Both the position numbers and the translations under genes were made by a program. 64,000 bases of DNA from Phoronis australis. Lineage: Eukaryota > Animalia > Phoronida. The notes under the pieces are model-generated. The model searched no databases, had not been told where the DNA came from, and saw only the letters and a list, made by a program, of their open reading frames with translations. This document shows positions 26,621 to 40,100 of this stretch, piece by piece (position 1 is the stretch's first letter; each line of letters starts with the position of its first letter). The DNA is taken from positions 604,535 to 668,534 of the forward strand of contig NMRA01000028.1 in NCBI GenBank assembly GCA_002633005.1, given 5' to 3'.

Positions 26621-28587
26621 AGCAATGGGTTTAATTATATTCATTTAATTTTTTTACTCAAACGTTTTTTCGATCTACGGTTTGTGAGTCCGAATTTCAC
26701 CAATGTCTTTGAGAGTTATTTTAGATATCACAATCTTCTAAGTGTACTTTACTATTTGGGGATCAGATTATAGAGTTTTCCAACTTCAGGTTGAAATTAA
26801 ATTCTCGGAAACATCATCAACTTTTATAAGATTAGCTTCTAATTGTCAAAAATCATCTATGAATCTATCGATTTTCGTAGATACATACAATGGCAAGTAA
26901 AAAAGAAACCAGCAAATTTATTTATCTAAACGGAATGTTATAAGCAATGCATGTTCGCAGACTTTGATGGGTAACCGCGAAGTATGGGAGATGGAGCAAT
27001 CGTACTAAGGTGTGTTGTTGCTCAATTCAGAGGCCCCTATAGCGGTTCACGGGGTAAACTTGAACTCCACTGACAAAGAAAAACGTTGAAATGTGATTGC
27101 GAGAGTTGTTTGAGTACCCCTTTCGACAAGTACACGGTCATTACAAATAGTAGCCTAGACAACAGTGTTTACCACACATTTTGGGAATTCCTTACAAACA
27201 ACTCATAGTAACCATCTTCAAAAGAGATACTATTCTTGTGCATACTACGCAAAACAGTAACATTATTTTGTAACTAATCATCTGAAATAGTCCTTTTGTG
27301 TAATTCACAGATGGCGGTCTTCACGTTCTTCAAAATTACACGCTTTCAATGGCGGTCAATCCTATTGTATTTTTTCACATTTTGGTTGTTTGGGTCTAAT
27401 GTCTTGATACTGCTGTGCTGTGCACGAATGTGTGTTTTTTGATGAATTTGGAATCTCATCTTCCCTCGTCAATACTTGGCAGTGTCGGATTTACATGTAT
27501 AGAGGGACAAAGGGACATTTCTCCCGAAATTCTCCACCGAGAGAAGGTACCGCCTGAAATGGGACACCTTAAGATGAAAGGCTAAATATCATTAAGCTTG
27601 GAAAAAGGAGTGGCAGTTCATCCCAGCGTAGTGTGGTCCCAAAACGATGCAGGGAGTGAACTCCTTCAACAAGAAAGCCGGTTGCACGATTTCACAAAAA
27701 AAAAGGAAAATAGAGGTAATAGATTCTGGCATTGGGCCCTCCGTGAGCGGCGCCTTAAGAATTTGTCAATAGAAACACAAAAATGAAAGGATGACAACTT
27801 GAATGCCATGAATGGCTTCTTTCAAAGCCGTGGCCCTTAAATATAAAAATATCTATATTTTCGAAAATCAGGAAATTCGCAACAATTGATGTTATATATC
27901 AGGACATCAATTTTTCTCAAGTACTATACAATGTTGAGAAAAAATAGTGCGAAAGTTGTCTCTGGCGTTATCCCTTGCCAGAGAGGCGCCTCTGGAAAAA
28001 TATAGTTTTGCATTCGCAAAATTGACTTATTGAATTTAAAAATCCAGTAAATTAGCACACTCCGCAAAAGCTTCGCTTTACAAATTTTCTCGATGTTGCT
28101 CTGTATCGGATTGATTACGTACACGTTTTCACTGAAGTGTTTCTAAGACGAACTGTGCTGCTGAAAAGAGGAACCCTAACGACAATGTCCTGGCCAGGGT
28201 CCTCAAAAGATAAACTATGCTCTGATACAGAGTTGTTAATTGTTTCTCTTGAATTTTCTCTCATATCCATATTTTGCAATCTTTCGTTTCTCAACTGCCT
28301 TGTCCGCGGCCCTACGCCTTTGTCGGTTGCCACGGTTTAACCCTGACGCGTCTTTTGGGGAACCGTGGAAATTGCACTATTTAGTCTCAGTACTACAAAA
28401 ACAAAAAACAAAAACGCTTGTTCAATCAAAATGATAGTTTAATCTCAAAATCACGTGCGTCAACTTGGAATAGAAATTTATTCCAAATTCACTCAAGATT
28501 CCAAGTTCACAGACGTACCGGTGGGTGCCCGGCCTCTCCACAAAATTAACAACAGGTGTCGTTTTTAGCAAAGCCGCTATGTGTCGC

Positions 28588-28676
28588 TAACGTCACTTTT
28601 CAACCAATCAGCGAACAGACGGCAATTTTAAAAGGTTCGATAGTAAGTTCGTGTGTTTTGTCTGGGTATCGTAAGT
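28588..28676 (+). promoter_or_regulatory. Putative KIF4 core promoter and non-coding exon 1 (CRE-like, NF-Y CCAAT, CDE-CHR-like)
   Basis: TAACGTCA 28588; AACCAATCAGC 28602-28612; GACGG-caat-TTTAAA 28618-28632; GTAAGT donors at 28643 and 28671. The ATG exon is preceded by an acceptor (AG 31127-28), so an upstream UTR exon is implied. Confidence 0.55.
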
Positions 28677-29501
28677 GATATTTCTATAAAGATCTCAATA
28701 GTTTGGTCATTTTTCAGTGCAGTTGTTATTTTATGTATATAGTTTCGTTGAATCAGTATTTATTATGATTTGTGTCCAATTTACTCCCAATTTGAACCTC
28801 CTGTAGGAGCTCCACCATCTCTTCTGAGCCAGCTAGAATTAAGAAACAATGATCACTGAGTGATAGTAGTGATACTGATGGCTAACTCGGTCCCGCTTCA
28901 CCTCCAAAATAGGGCCTACCTAATTTCAGTGGTGCATTATTTATGATTGTGTTGTGTCTTACCCCGACCACGTTAGTCTAATATACACTAGAACTATAAG
29001 ACAGCTTACCTAACTGGTTATGGAATTGGAAAAGTCTCTAGAGTCGATAGTAGATATGCGTTGGAGTCTTTTCAGAGTTCGGCTTGTCTCTCTCGAGTTT
29101 CAAGTGCGAAGAACGAGTGAACCACGAGGTTGTGACGTCATCGTTACATCATGTTACCCAGCAGGTTCCATCTATTCTCCAATCCCAGCCAAGATAACAG
29201 AGAAGCCCGCGAACCTGACTATCCAATCAAACCTCACGTAACATATGCACTGGTTCACTACAATTGCTTAACTTGGGTAAACAGGCTCAATAAAAGACTT
29301 CATATTTTTTTATGGATTTGTCTTGAAAAATATGCAATTAGATTGTAATCAATGCAGGGAAGCTGAGTGATGAAAACATCATTTTAGCGATCCCAACTGG
29401 ATTTTTATGTTTTGTTAAAATGAAATGCGATTCGCTAGTTAAGCAATCACTAATTATGTACTGAGGTAGTTGAGGGAATCACACATATCACCCATTTGTA
29501 T

Positions 29502-31055
29502 TCGGTCAAATCACAATCAAGGTCCATATTCGGTGGCCACTTCTGGTGAAAAATTAAGGTTGTAACTGTAAAAGCTGGGTTATTTTAAAGTATCACCATT
29601 CCAGGTTTGTAATCTAAAATATTTTTGCACAAGAACCACCAAATAAATTTTTATGGCATAATGCATCGCAGTTGTACAAAAGGGTATGTACACTGCAACT
29701 TGTGGTCACAACCCACTTCTGCAAAAATTCATAAGGTAGCTGTTAATTTAATAAGTTTTTGATTAAATTGAAGAAGTATCACATTATTACTAAAATAAGC
29801 AAAGTTATTATTGCTGATCAAGTTGCTCTAGATGATGATACATTGCATATTTTAACACAATATAATGAGAACTTCCTTCTTTTGCAATATGATTCTTACA
29901 AAAAGAAAATGACAAGTAACTATTTTTTCAAAAACTTTATTGGTGCTATTTGCCTCATTTTCAATACATTCACCAGTTGGTCAAAATAGTTAAAGCAATG
30001 TTAGGCCTGGTGTTCCAATTGTAAACAGTAAAAAATGAGAGATAGAGAACCTGCCTCTGCAACATCAGTTGTCACATGACGTGTCTTCTAGGATTTTCAG
30101 TACGAGCCATGAGTCCTGTGTGGCATTTTATTGTCCACAAATTTGATAATGTTCATTGTTTTTTTTTTGTCAGACTGTATTCATTTTGGAAATATCAGTA
30201 TTGTTCATGAGAACAGCAGTATTTAAAAATTCTTGTGGGCAATACTTTATAGCACAGAGGCTGGAGGTACGTACACTACAAAAAGGGGTACGTACACTAC
30301 ATCACTGTTTCTGCATCACATGGTAACATAATGTTGTATGGCCATTTTTTTTTCTTTGGTAATAATAAGCACCATGTTGTTATTTAAAAGGAAATAATTT
30401 CATTTGCAATGGCCACTTGTGTTACTGAATTCCACATGGGGGTATGTACACTACATTTTGTTAGCCTTTTTGGCCCATTTTCAACATAGCAGAACCTATT
30501 CAATATCCAAACTTTTGGTTTGTTTAGATATTGAATAATTTGCTGTGTTGCCTAGGCTGACATATTTTGCAGTTCTTTTTGTTACAAAGTGTGAATTTTA
30601 GTTTTTAACCTTCTTTACAGTAGGTGAGGGTTAGAAACACAGAATTTACAAATTTCGTAACGAGTGCCTGTTTTATGATGAACCCTACTATTTCTCAATG
30701 ATTAAGCACAACTTCATCTAATTGACTCTGAAAATGACTCAAGTTATTCCCAGTCATATCTAAACAAGTGCTTGCTTGATAAAATAAATTTCTTTTATAC
30801 TCTTGACAGTTGAAAATTGTTATTTTTAAAATTGCCTCTTGTAACGCTAAAAATGCATGAAATTCATAGACAAAAACATGCATAAATTTCTCAAACATTG
30901 TCCAATTTTGATGATTCTTTTTTAAGTTGCACAACTAAATAACCTTTTGCATAAATAATGAGATTCAGTTGGCATTTAGTAAGTGACCAAAAAAATTATT
31001 TTAGACCGTAACACAGTCAACTCTCAAATATGGACCTTGATTGTGATTTAGCCGA
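29502..31055. mobile_element. ~1.55-kb TIR element in the putative KIF4 5'-UTR intron
   Basis: Perfect 20-bp inverted repeat tcacaatcaaggtccatatt (29511) / aatatggaccttgattgtga (31027), extending degenerately outwards; internal gtaYgtacact repeats. Confidence 0.6.
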
Positions 31056-31135
31056 TAAAGAAGGGCGATTCAGCATCTGAAAGTAAGATACCATGGTTTT
31101 AGTACTTTCCATATTTTATGGTTATTAGGTCAGCC

Positions 31136-34100
31136 ATGCCTTCCGAAGACAAGGTTATCCCTGTCCGAGTGGCTCTACGGTGTCGCCCTCTAGTGACCAA
31201 GGAGGTGGCTGAAGGATGTCAGACATGTTTAAATTTCACTTCAGGTTTGTTCAGTTTTGTCTGTTTACTAGTACACATTTATAAAATCCATTCATTGATA
31301 CTTTACAATTGTATTTTTCGTAATTGATACGCATTTTTCTGATGTTCAAACCTTTGCTTTGTCTTTTACTGACAATCTCTTTTGTCGAAATAATCTCATA
31401 TCAAGCAGGTACATGCAATGTATTTTTACACTTGACCATATTTTGTCTCGTTTTCATCAGTGTTATGGTTTGCCATGGTTTTTTACAAAATTGCTATGGT
31501 AGAGCAAAAAATGGTTGATATATGACCTTGCTTTCTTTCTGCCTCCATCAAAATAGTCTTGACATTGTCACTGGCAGCACCTACTCACTATGAGCACTGA
31601 CCCCCCTACACAGTTGAACATTTCGTTGTGGTAAAAGAGTGATTTCATGGGAAGTGACGGACACAAAATGGAAACTCGCTAGCTATTTTTAGGACTCAGA
31701 ATTGAAGTAAGAATGTTGTTTGCGGTGCGACTTGATTTGAGCTGACTGTGAGTCGACACGCGAGTAGGTTATACAAAATTATTTTTATTGTCAAGTTGCA
31801 AAAGCATTTGCCAAGCTGGTGAATGGACTTAGCTCTACCATCGGTAGCACTGCTCAGAATTCACTGCTTGCGAGTGGCTAGCATGAGCCTAGTTCTATTC
31901 TGCATTTTTGTTTTGTGATAATTTATTTTCTTCCAAAAGAATCTGTAAGTAACGAAGACTTGATAGTACTAGGCATTAGTTTTGCCAGTCTTTCAAGATA
32001 TTAGCTGATTTTCTGTCCATTATTATTACAGGGGAACCACAGGTGTCGGTGAGCAACAGTAAGTCATTCACATATGACTTTGCATACTCCCCAAAAGTTG
32101 ACCAAGAAGAGGTTTACAACCAAGCTGTGTCACCGTTAGTCAAGGAGATTTTTAAAGGTTTGTGCAAATGCCTTATTTAAAGTATACTTTATTGGATGTG
32201 TCTAAACTCACAAATCTGATGTTTTTATTTATGGTAAAAATTTTGGGACAGTCTGTAGAATTTGAGACAACAAAAGTTGAATTTTTTCATTCTGAAGTTT
32301 GGCACAAGGGCAGTTTTGGCATTCCTATTTCTTAAATTTCACACAATGTGCTTTCACTCTTCGAAGTGGGTAATTTTGCCACTTCTTCTATGATATTTTA
32401 ATTTTAGGATGGTCTTTATCGCCTGTTTCTAGATTTTGGGACAAATTCAGACCTTAAGCAAAATAATTAATTTTCACTCTCCCAAATTGGAGAATTTTTC
32501 CATATTATATATATTATAAATTGTATTTTTGGCAGCAAATTTTCTTTTAAGCAAGCGCCATTGAACACAACGTGGCTTCTGCAGATTCTAACTTCCTGGG
32601 AATCCTCTCGTAAGCTCGAAAAGATACACACTCTTGTACACGTGCACACTTGATGTCATGTGTTCATTTCTGATTTCAACAGTACTGTGTAGTTGATGTC
32701 ATGTGTTCATTTCAGGTTACAACGCCACTGTGTTGGCCTACGGACAAACCGGAAGTGGGAAAACGTTCACGATGAGCGGCGTGATACCTCGCGTGATCAC
32801 AGAGCTGTACAGTACGATGGTACAGAGGGCTGAGTACAGCTTCACTGTCAAGGCATCCTATCTAGAGGTAACAAGCCAGTGCCTGTAGCCGTACTGGATT
32901 ACGCTGCCAAGACCATATTAAAACCTGCTAATCCTACAGGCTGTTGCTCATTACTAATTCAATCTGCTTTTATTCTGATGCACCTCTCCACTAAAGCCCT
33001 AACAATAAAATAGTTGAAAATATCTCTCCCTGCTGCCTCTGTGTTTAGATAGTCGCATGAAGTTTCAATTGTTTGACAAGCATTTTATCATTACTGTTTG
33101 GACTGCAACTTTGGCAGCTTCCGTTAACACTTGGTATCTTCGGACTCGGCTCAGTCTAAACCTGTGCAGTTCCTTGTAACTCTCAGAATGTATTTGATAT
33201 ATTGGGGCAATTCCATTTGTGACGGACCTAGAATCAGGTAATGTTTTGATCAAATGCAAGTAGTTTAAATCCGTAGCAACTCCTTTACTTGATTTTATAG
33301 CTGTTTTTGTAACATTTAATTGCTTTAATTTGTCTTTTGTAAGTTTGGAAAGCACAAATAAGACCTAAAGTTATTTTTATTGATTGAAAATTGTAATTTC
33401 ATGGGTAAGTGACGGACGCAAGATCTGCCTCGCGATTTCTAACTCAACAAATGTTCTCTGGGATCTAAAATTTTGGTTGACAGTAGTTTAAAGAGAATCT
33501 GAAATTATTTTAATTTTGAGTGAAAACTTTTGACGTAACTAAACTTTTTAGCACTTTTTTGTGATGGACATACAGCACTTTGATATCCAGGAGTTGGCCT
33601 TTGACTCCAAGAGGTCGACGATGTGCTACGGGTCAAGTGATATTTTATGAAGTATAGGCTTCATGCGATTGCACAAATTTTATAATATAGTGAAATACCT
33701 ATACTTAGCTTATTTATGACAATAATTAGCAACGCACTTAAATATCGGAGGTTAGTTCTAGGGTCAAGTGACCTCCGAAAATGGATCTATTCAGGAAAAA
33801 ATTGAAAGTTATTGTGAAAGTTATTGGAAATTCAAATATGGGTCTTGAGAATCTGGGTTTTCAGATGATACCAGAAATGTTAATGTAGACACAATTTTGA
33901 TTTGTTGTCTCTAGGTTGACCTTTTCACATAATTGCCCCTAGTTGATAGCTTGTGTGCTACACACTGGTTAGGGATGTGTTGTGATACATGATGTTGCTA
34001 AATTTCATTTGCAGATTTATAATGAAGAGTTGCAAGATTTGTTGGCTGGTCGCAAGGAAGGTGACTCACTCGCCATCCGCGAAGACAACGGAGGCATAAA

Positions 34101-37100
34101 GGTACCCTTGTTTTGATGAATGATCTGTCCGTGTCAGGAACAAATTGTTAGAAAGGAATGATTTGTGCCATACAATTTATCTATGCAGTTAGAACAAAGA
34201 GTTTATTTTTAATCTGCTTCGATTTGTCCACCTTGCTGTAATTAAGAACTACCATAGTAATCTTTTTTCAAAAAAGTGCTGTCATTTTTGATTGAATTGG
34301 TAAGTTTTACTGCATCTGATTATTACCAAAATTCTCATGAAAACACTGTTGTTTGTTCATCATAGTGCAAAAAAATTGAAAAATTAGATTTTGAACAAAA
34401 GTCAAAATTTTCAAATTTTCATTTTATTTTGCTTCCTGAGAATTAAATTACTGGAACCCATCATCACTGTTGTTCTTTATACTCGCTCCATGTGACTTCT
34501 CCTTGACACATCAAAGCATTCTCCTTATACCATATTTCTCAGATCCCTGGTCTGACTGAGACAACAGTGTCGGGCCCTCAGGACCTGCTGGACTGTCTAG
34601 AACGTGGCTCCATAGGCAGGACCACTGGCTCCACGGCTATGAATGCTACCTCTAGTCGGTCACATGCCATCTTCACCATCAGTTTGGAGAAAAGCAAGAA
34701 GGATGACCCGTAAGTTACTACTATAACGTGCTTCATTTAGTCACTGTTTGTGCCTGGGGTACATAACATTTCAAAACTGCATTTGTTTTCCTCTAAAATA
34801 AGAATATGAAATAACTCTTTTGTCAACTATATTGTATGTTGTGAAATATTTCCATACCATGAAATCAATTTATTTCTCCTGTCAACAGGAATAGAGACGG
34901 TACCTATAAAGAAAGTGAGTTGAGCCAAGGGCAGATCAATTTAGTGTATTTCGTTGGTCCTTTTGCTTGGTAGTATAGTTGTGCAGTGACAGACAATCTC
35001 TGGGCCGCATCACATTCTCACGTCTGACATTCATTTACACTTTTTTGAGGCACTAGCTCTGCTGCTGCGTAAGTTGTTGACAAGTTCAAAAGATTCTGGT
35101 GTGTTTTCAGGAATGACACATGTCGCTCAAAGTTCCACCTGGTTGACCTGGCGGGATCTGAAAGAGTGAAGAAGACTCACGCAGAAGGTGGAAGATTTAA
35201 AGAAGGTGATTGCTTTCAACCAGCAGCCAATCATTGAAGCACAAAATATGATTGTTATTGAAATTGTGTTTCTAAATTAGAATATTAAAGTCAACCTGTT
35301 TTCTGTTTAATACAATGTGCTAAACTCCAGTATTTCATCAGAAAACAATCAATCTAGTCTACTGCTATTCTATGAGCTACTTATGTTGGGAGAATGGTTT
35401 GTATATTACTTCATTGTTGGACAATAGTCTTGTATAACATGCTTGTATTCTTAGAACTTATTAATGCCTGTTATTCAGTGGAGAAAACTGGTTCTCAAAA
35501 TTCTGGCATGTAATATCAGACTATTACCCATTGATGTGTATGTGTATAAAAAGGAACACAATCTCAGGTATTCAACTGCACTATTGAAACATTGACTGAT
35601 CACATTCCTTTATTCTGCTTGTAATGTTGGTGACACTGCGCCTGTTGCAGGTGTCAATATTAACCTGGGTCTGTTGGCTCTTGGTAATGTCATTAGCGCT
35701 CTTGGTGACGAATCACAGAAGAGGAACCACATTCCATACAGGGACTCGAAACTCACACGCATTTTACAAGGTGATTGCTTGCTTTGACTCTTGTTTTTCT
35801 GGTAGTAGCTTGTAGTGGTGATTATTTAAGTGTATTTATACTTGAATTTGACACCAATTTAGCTGTCATTATAGGTGTGGAGAGCAACTTAAAATGATAT
35901 TTAGGTATGAAAGTTGACTGTGTTGAATTAGTGAAGAGCTGAATGTGTGAGTGACAGAGCAGGTTGACAACTGATTTGGACTTTACATCTGACCCCTTAC
36001 AGATAGATTGTTTTGTTTCTACCACATTAAGTGGATAATTATTGAGGGCTGTTCCAGTAAAATCCGTGTGGGAGGGGGGGACGGCAGTAGAAATAAAAAT
36101 TCATGGGTGGTGGTCTTCAGAAAAAAACTCAATTTATGGGTGGTCGTTCCTGTAAGAAGTGGTGCATTAAAAACGGGTGGTATTTTTTGACCTGTTAATG
36201 TTGACAGGATGGTTACTTCAGCCAAACACATCTTCAAAGAAATCAAAACTCAAAAAATGCAATTGGCATATATCCTAACTTATCCCAATGCAAAAAAAGC
36301 CCATATTGCCAGTGAACAGAGTGCAATATGTTCACTAAGCCATTAATCAAGTCATGGGCAACTTGATTTAAGCCAACTGTTTGTCTGCAGTCCTATTGAA
36401 TTGAAAAGTTATGCAACACTAAACTGGTGTTAACACATATAGAAAAATTGATGATTTTTAAATAAAAAGTATGAGGAGTAAGATAAACAAGTTCCGATAT
36501 TCACTTGACATAGAAGTATAAAAGAGTTCGTGGAGACAGTTTGAGATTCATAGATCCTTATAATTGAAAAAATGTTCATTGAAATTATAGACACATGGTG
36601 AACAGAGACACCTGGTGGCTGCCAAAAGTATTGCTCACAGGCTACTTTAGATTTTGACAATATTGGACAAGACAACTAGTTCTTGTCTGTCAATCATCTA
36701 AGTTCTTAACAGGTCCTCCTGGAGGCAATTTGTTTGCAAGTGTTCGATTTTATATTTTAACCTATTAAAAATAATTAAAAAATTATGGGTCATGGGTTGG
36801 AGAAATAAATGAAAAGTATGGGCGGTGGGTACGAAATAAAAGTGCCTTCCTCCCCTCCCATACAGATTTTGCTGGAACAGCCCTAAAGGGATTCTAGTCA
36901 TTAATCAAAGAATCTTGTAACTTGTTGCCTAACCATTCGGTTGTGGATAACTTTTGACATGTTAACGGTCACTTCTGTGCGTTCTTGCTTCATATATCTG
37001 TCATGACTGACTCGTATGCATAAACTCTGAACATCCAGTTGCACAGATCCATTTGATGGTGTGTATAGCTAGAGTACGAATTTTTTATTTTTAAACTGAC

Positions 37101-40100
37101 CCGTATTTCTGTGCTTTCAGATTCCCTGGGTGGTAACAGTCACACTGTGATGATTGCCTGTGTCAGCCCGGCTGACTCCAATATGGAGGAGACTATCAAC
37201 ACACTACGCTATGCTGATCGGGCACGTAAGATCAAGAATAAGCCAATCGTGAACAGAGACCCTCAGGCGGCCGAGATACAGCGACTGAAGCAGCTGGTTG
37301 GACAATTGATGGCCAATGGCAGTACAGCTATTGGGTATGTACAGAACATGCTGGTTAGTGTGGTGTTCGGCACACAAACATTGTAGGCTTTGGTTTGGAT
37401 ATGCTCAACCCAGTTTTAGGTGTTGAATGATTCTTTCATCAAACTAGCATTTCTTTTAAAAAGGATCATCAATCTGGCTTTTGTCAAAGCTTATGAAAAT
37501 TTTCAGCGGTGTTGGTGACTCCATTAAAATCAGGCATGTCAAAAAATGACAGCTGATGCTTTTGCTTGAGGAGTTCTGTGGGAATTTGTCGTAAAGAAGC
37601 TTCAGGCATCCAAAACTGCAAAACAATTACTGTTGAAGATCTTCAGCATTGCACTTGTCCCAAAACAATAAAACAATGACAACTGAACATATACAACATT
37701 GTATTGTTACACTCTGCAGTGCTGGAGTGAGTACGGAGCGACTTGCTGAGCTGGAGGAGGAGAACCGTAAGTTAAGCCAAGAGCTACAGATGTCTGTGGA
37801 CCAGAATGCAGGTCTTTGTGAGAAAGTGATAGTTCTGGAGATGGCCAGAGAGGCGCTCAAGTCAAGACTCGAGGAGATGGCTCAACAGGCAGGGTAGGCA
37901 GTGTAGTTAATGTTTGGAGGTTGGTGACAAACTGTCTCCATGTAGAAGTAGACGTCTGTCAACTTTACTGTTGATTTTTGATCTAGTTTCAGTTTTGACT
38001 ATGTTTATCCACTCGAGTTTGCAAAGTCATTAAATGGGGAACCTCCTGTGGTATTATTGTTGAATCATCTTGGTCTGTTCACACCTACTACTCTACACTA
38101 GGAATTACTCAAATCATTTAGTATCATAATCATGATTGTCAATTGTTTATCATTTTTCCCGTTCATCTACAGAACTGCTCATGAGGTAATGGTTGTAAAC
38201 ACATCCATAAAGTTTGTTTCTGAATTGTATAATATTTCTAGTTTCTGATCTCTTCAGTCAATCAACTGACAACATCAACATTGATGAGTTACCTGACTTG
38301 CAGAAAACACTGAATGAACTAGAGGTATGTCATGTGACTGTTTTAACCTTTGAACTGGAGGTCACATGTCATGTGACTGTATGTTGTAACATTGGAAGGG
38401 ATTTTGAGCATTGTGTACTTTTTTACCCATGTCTACACTGGAATCATCCTTAAACCTTCTTAGTAATGTTGTGGATCACAGTAAGGAATTCACATTATAA
38501 AAAGAAGAGGTTTTCATCTTAAGCTCAGTGGCGCTCAGAAAGTGCGTCAAACGCATAAATTTCCAAATACTGTCAATTGTGCACCCCAAAAGATAAATAA
38601 ACCGATAAAAGTTATGTAAGACTAATAAGCATATTGCTAGAGAGTGATTATAGGTGTCGCAATAAGTGTACATAAAAACACTTGCTCAAAACCTGTTTAA
38701 TTCTTTTACACATTTTGATTTTTCAGAAAGAAATATCTCTCATAGAAGAAGACAAGGTAAAATTTTGTGTATGCAACTTCTGTAAACATCTTCAGAGAAA
38801 AATAGATTTTATGCGTGTTTGTGTGTGTCCTTATTGACTGATGTAAAAGTTGACTTGGTCAAATGTTGACTCGTGAAATTTTTTGGAGTCAAAAATGGAT
38901 GAAAACATGTCTTTATAGAAAAAATGCATTTACACATTCCGTTTTATACCACTTGATTCCCTGGGGACTGAAAGATGAAAAAAATGTGTTTTCAAAAATC
39001 ATACTTTGCTGCTCTCTGTCAGTGTCACGTTACTTGTTATTGACTGTGCTATATTCCTTGTTGGATTGTGTCAATGGTTTCTACAGGAGAACCCCATGAC
39101 TTCTGCCCCAGGGTCCCCATCTTCGGACGCCCTGTCGGCCAAGTATGCCCTGCGTCAGGCTCAGATGGGCCGGGAACTGCAGGAGTTGAATAAGATGTTG
39201 AGTAAGAAGCAGGAGTTGGCAGAACACATGAAGAATAACGATAAGAGGATGGATGTGATGAAAGTACAGTATGAGGTGGGTAGTGTCTACAGTATGAGGT
39301 GGGTAGTGTCTACAGTATGAGGTGGGTAGTATATACATTATGAGGCAGGTAGTGTATACAGTATGAGGCGGGTAGTGTATACAGTGTGAGGTGGGTAGTG
39401 TATACAGTATGAGGTGGGTAGTGTATACAGTATGAGGTGGGTAGTGTATACAGTATGAGGTGGGTAGTGTATACAGTNTTTGACTCTTGTTTTTCTGGTA
39501 GTAGCTTGTAGTGGTGATTGTTTAAGTGCATTTATCCTTGAATTTGACACCAATTTAGCTGTCATTATAGGTGTGGAGAGCAACTTAAAATGATATTTAG
39601 GTATGAAAGTTGGCTGTGTTGAATTAGTGAAGAGCTGAATGTGTGAGTGACAGAGCAGGTTGACAACTGATTTGGACTTTACACCTGACCTCTTACAGAT
39701 AGATTATGTTTTGTTTCTACCACATTAAGTGGATAATTATTAAAGGGATTCTAGTCATTAATCAAAGAATCTTGTAACTTGTTGCCTAACCATTCGGTTG
39801 TGGATAATTTTTAACACGTTAATGGTCACTTCTGTGCGTTCTTGCTTCATATATCTGTCATGACTGACTTGTATGCATAAACTCTGAACATCCAGTTGCA
39901 CAGATCCATTTGATGGTGTGTATAGCTAGAGTACGAATTTTTTATTTTTAGACTGACCTGTATTTCTGTGCTTTCAGATTCTCTGGGTGGTAACAGTCAC
40001 ACTGTGATGATTGCCTGTGTCAGCCCGGCTGACTCCAATATGGAGGAGACTATCAACACACTACGCTATGCTGATCGGGCACGTAAGATCAAGAATAAGC

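Noticed and set aside
26900-28500. Possible additional gene between the GEF and KIF4
   Set aside because: Only short unrelated ORFs; no exon chain or domain could be supported.
29131-29230. TGACGTCA plus CCAAT cluster as a separate promoter
   Set aside because: No linked exon identified; short motifs are expected by chance or within TE remnants.
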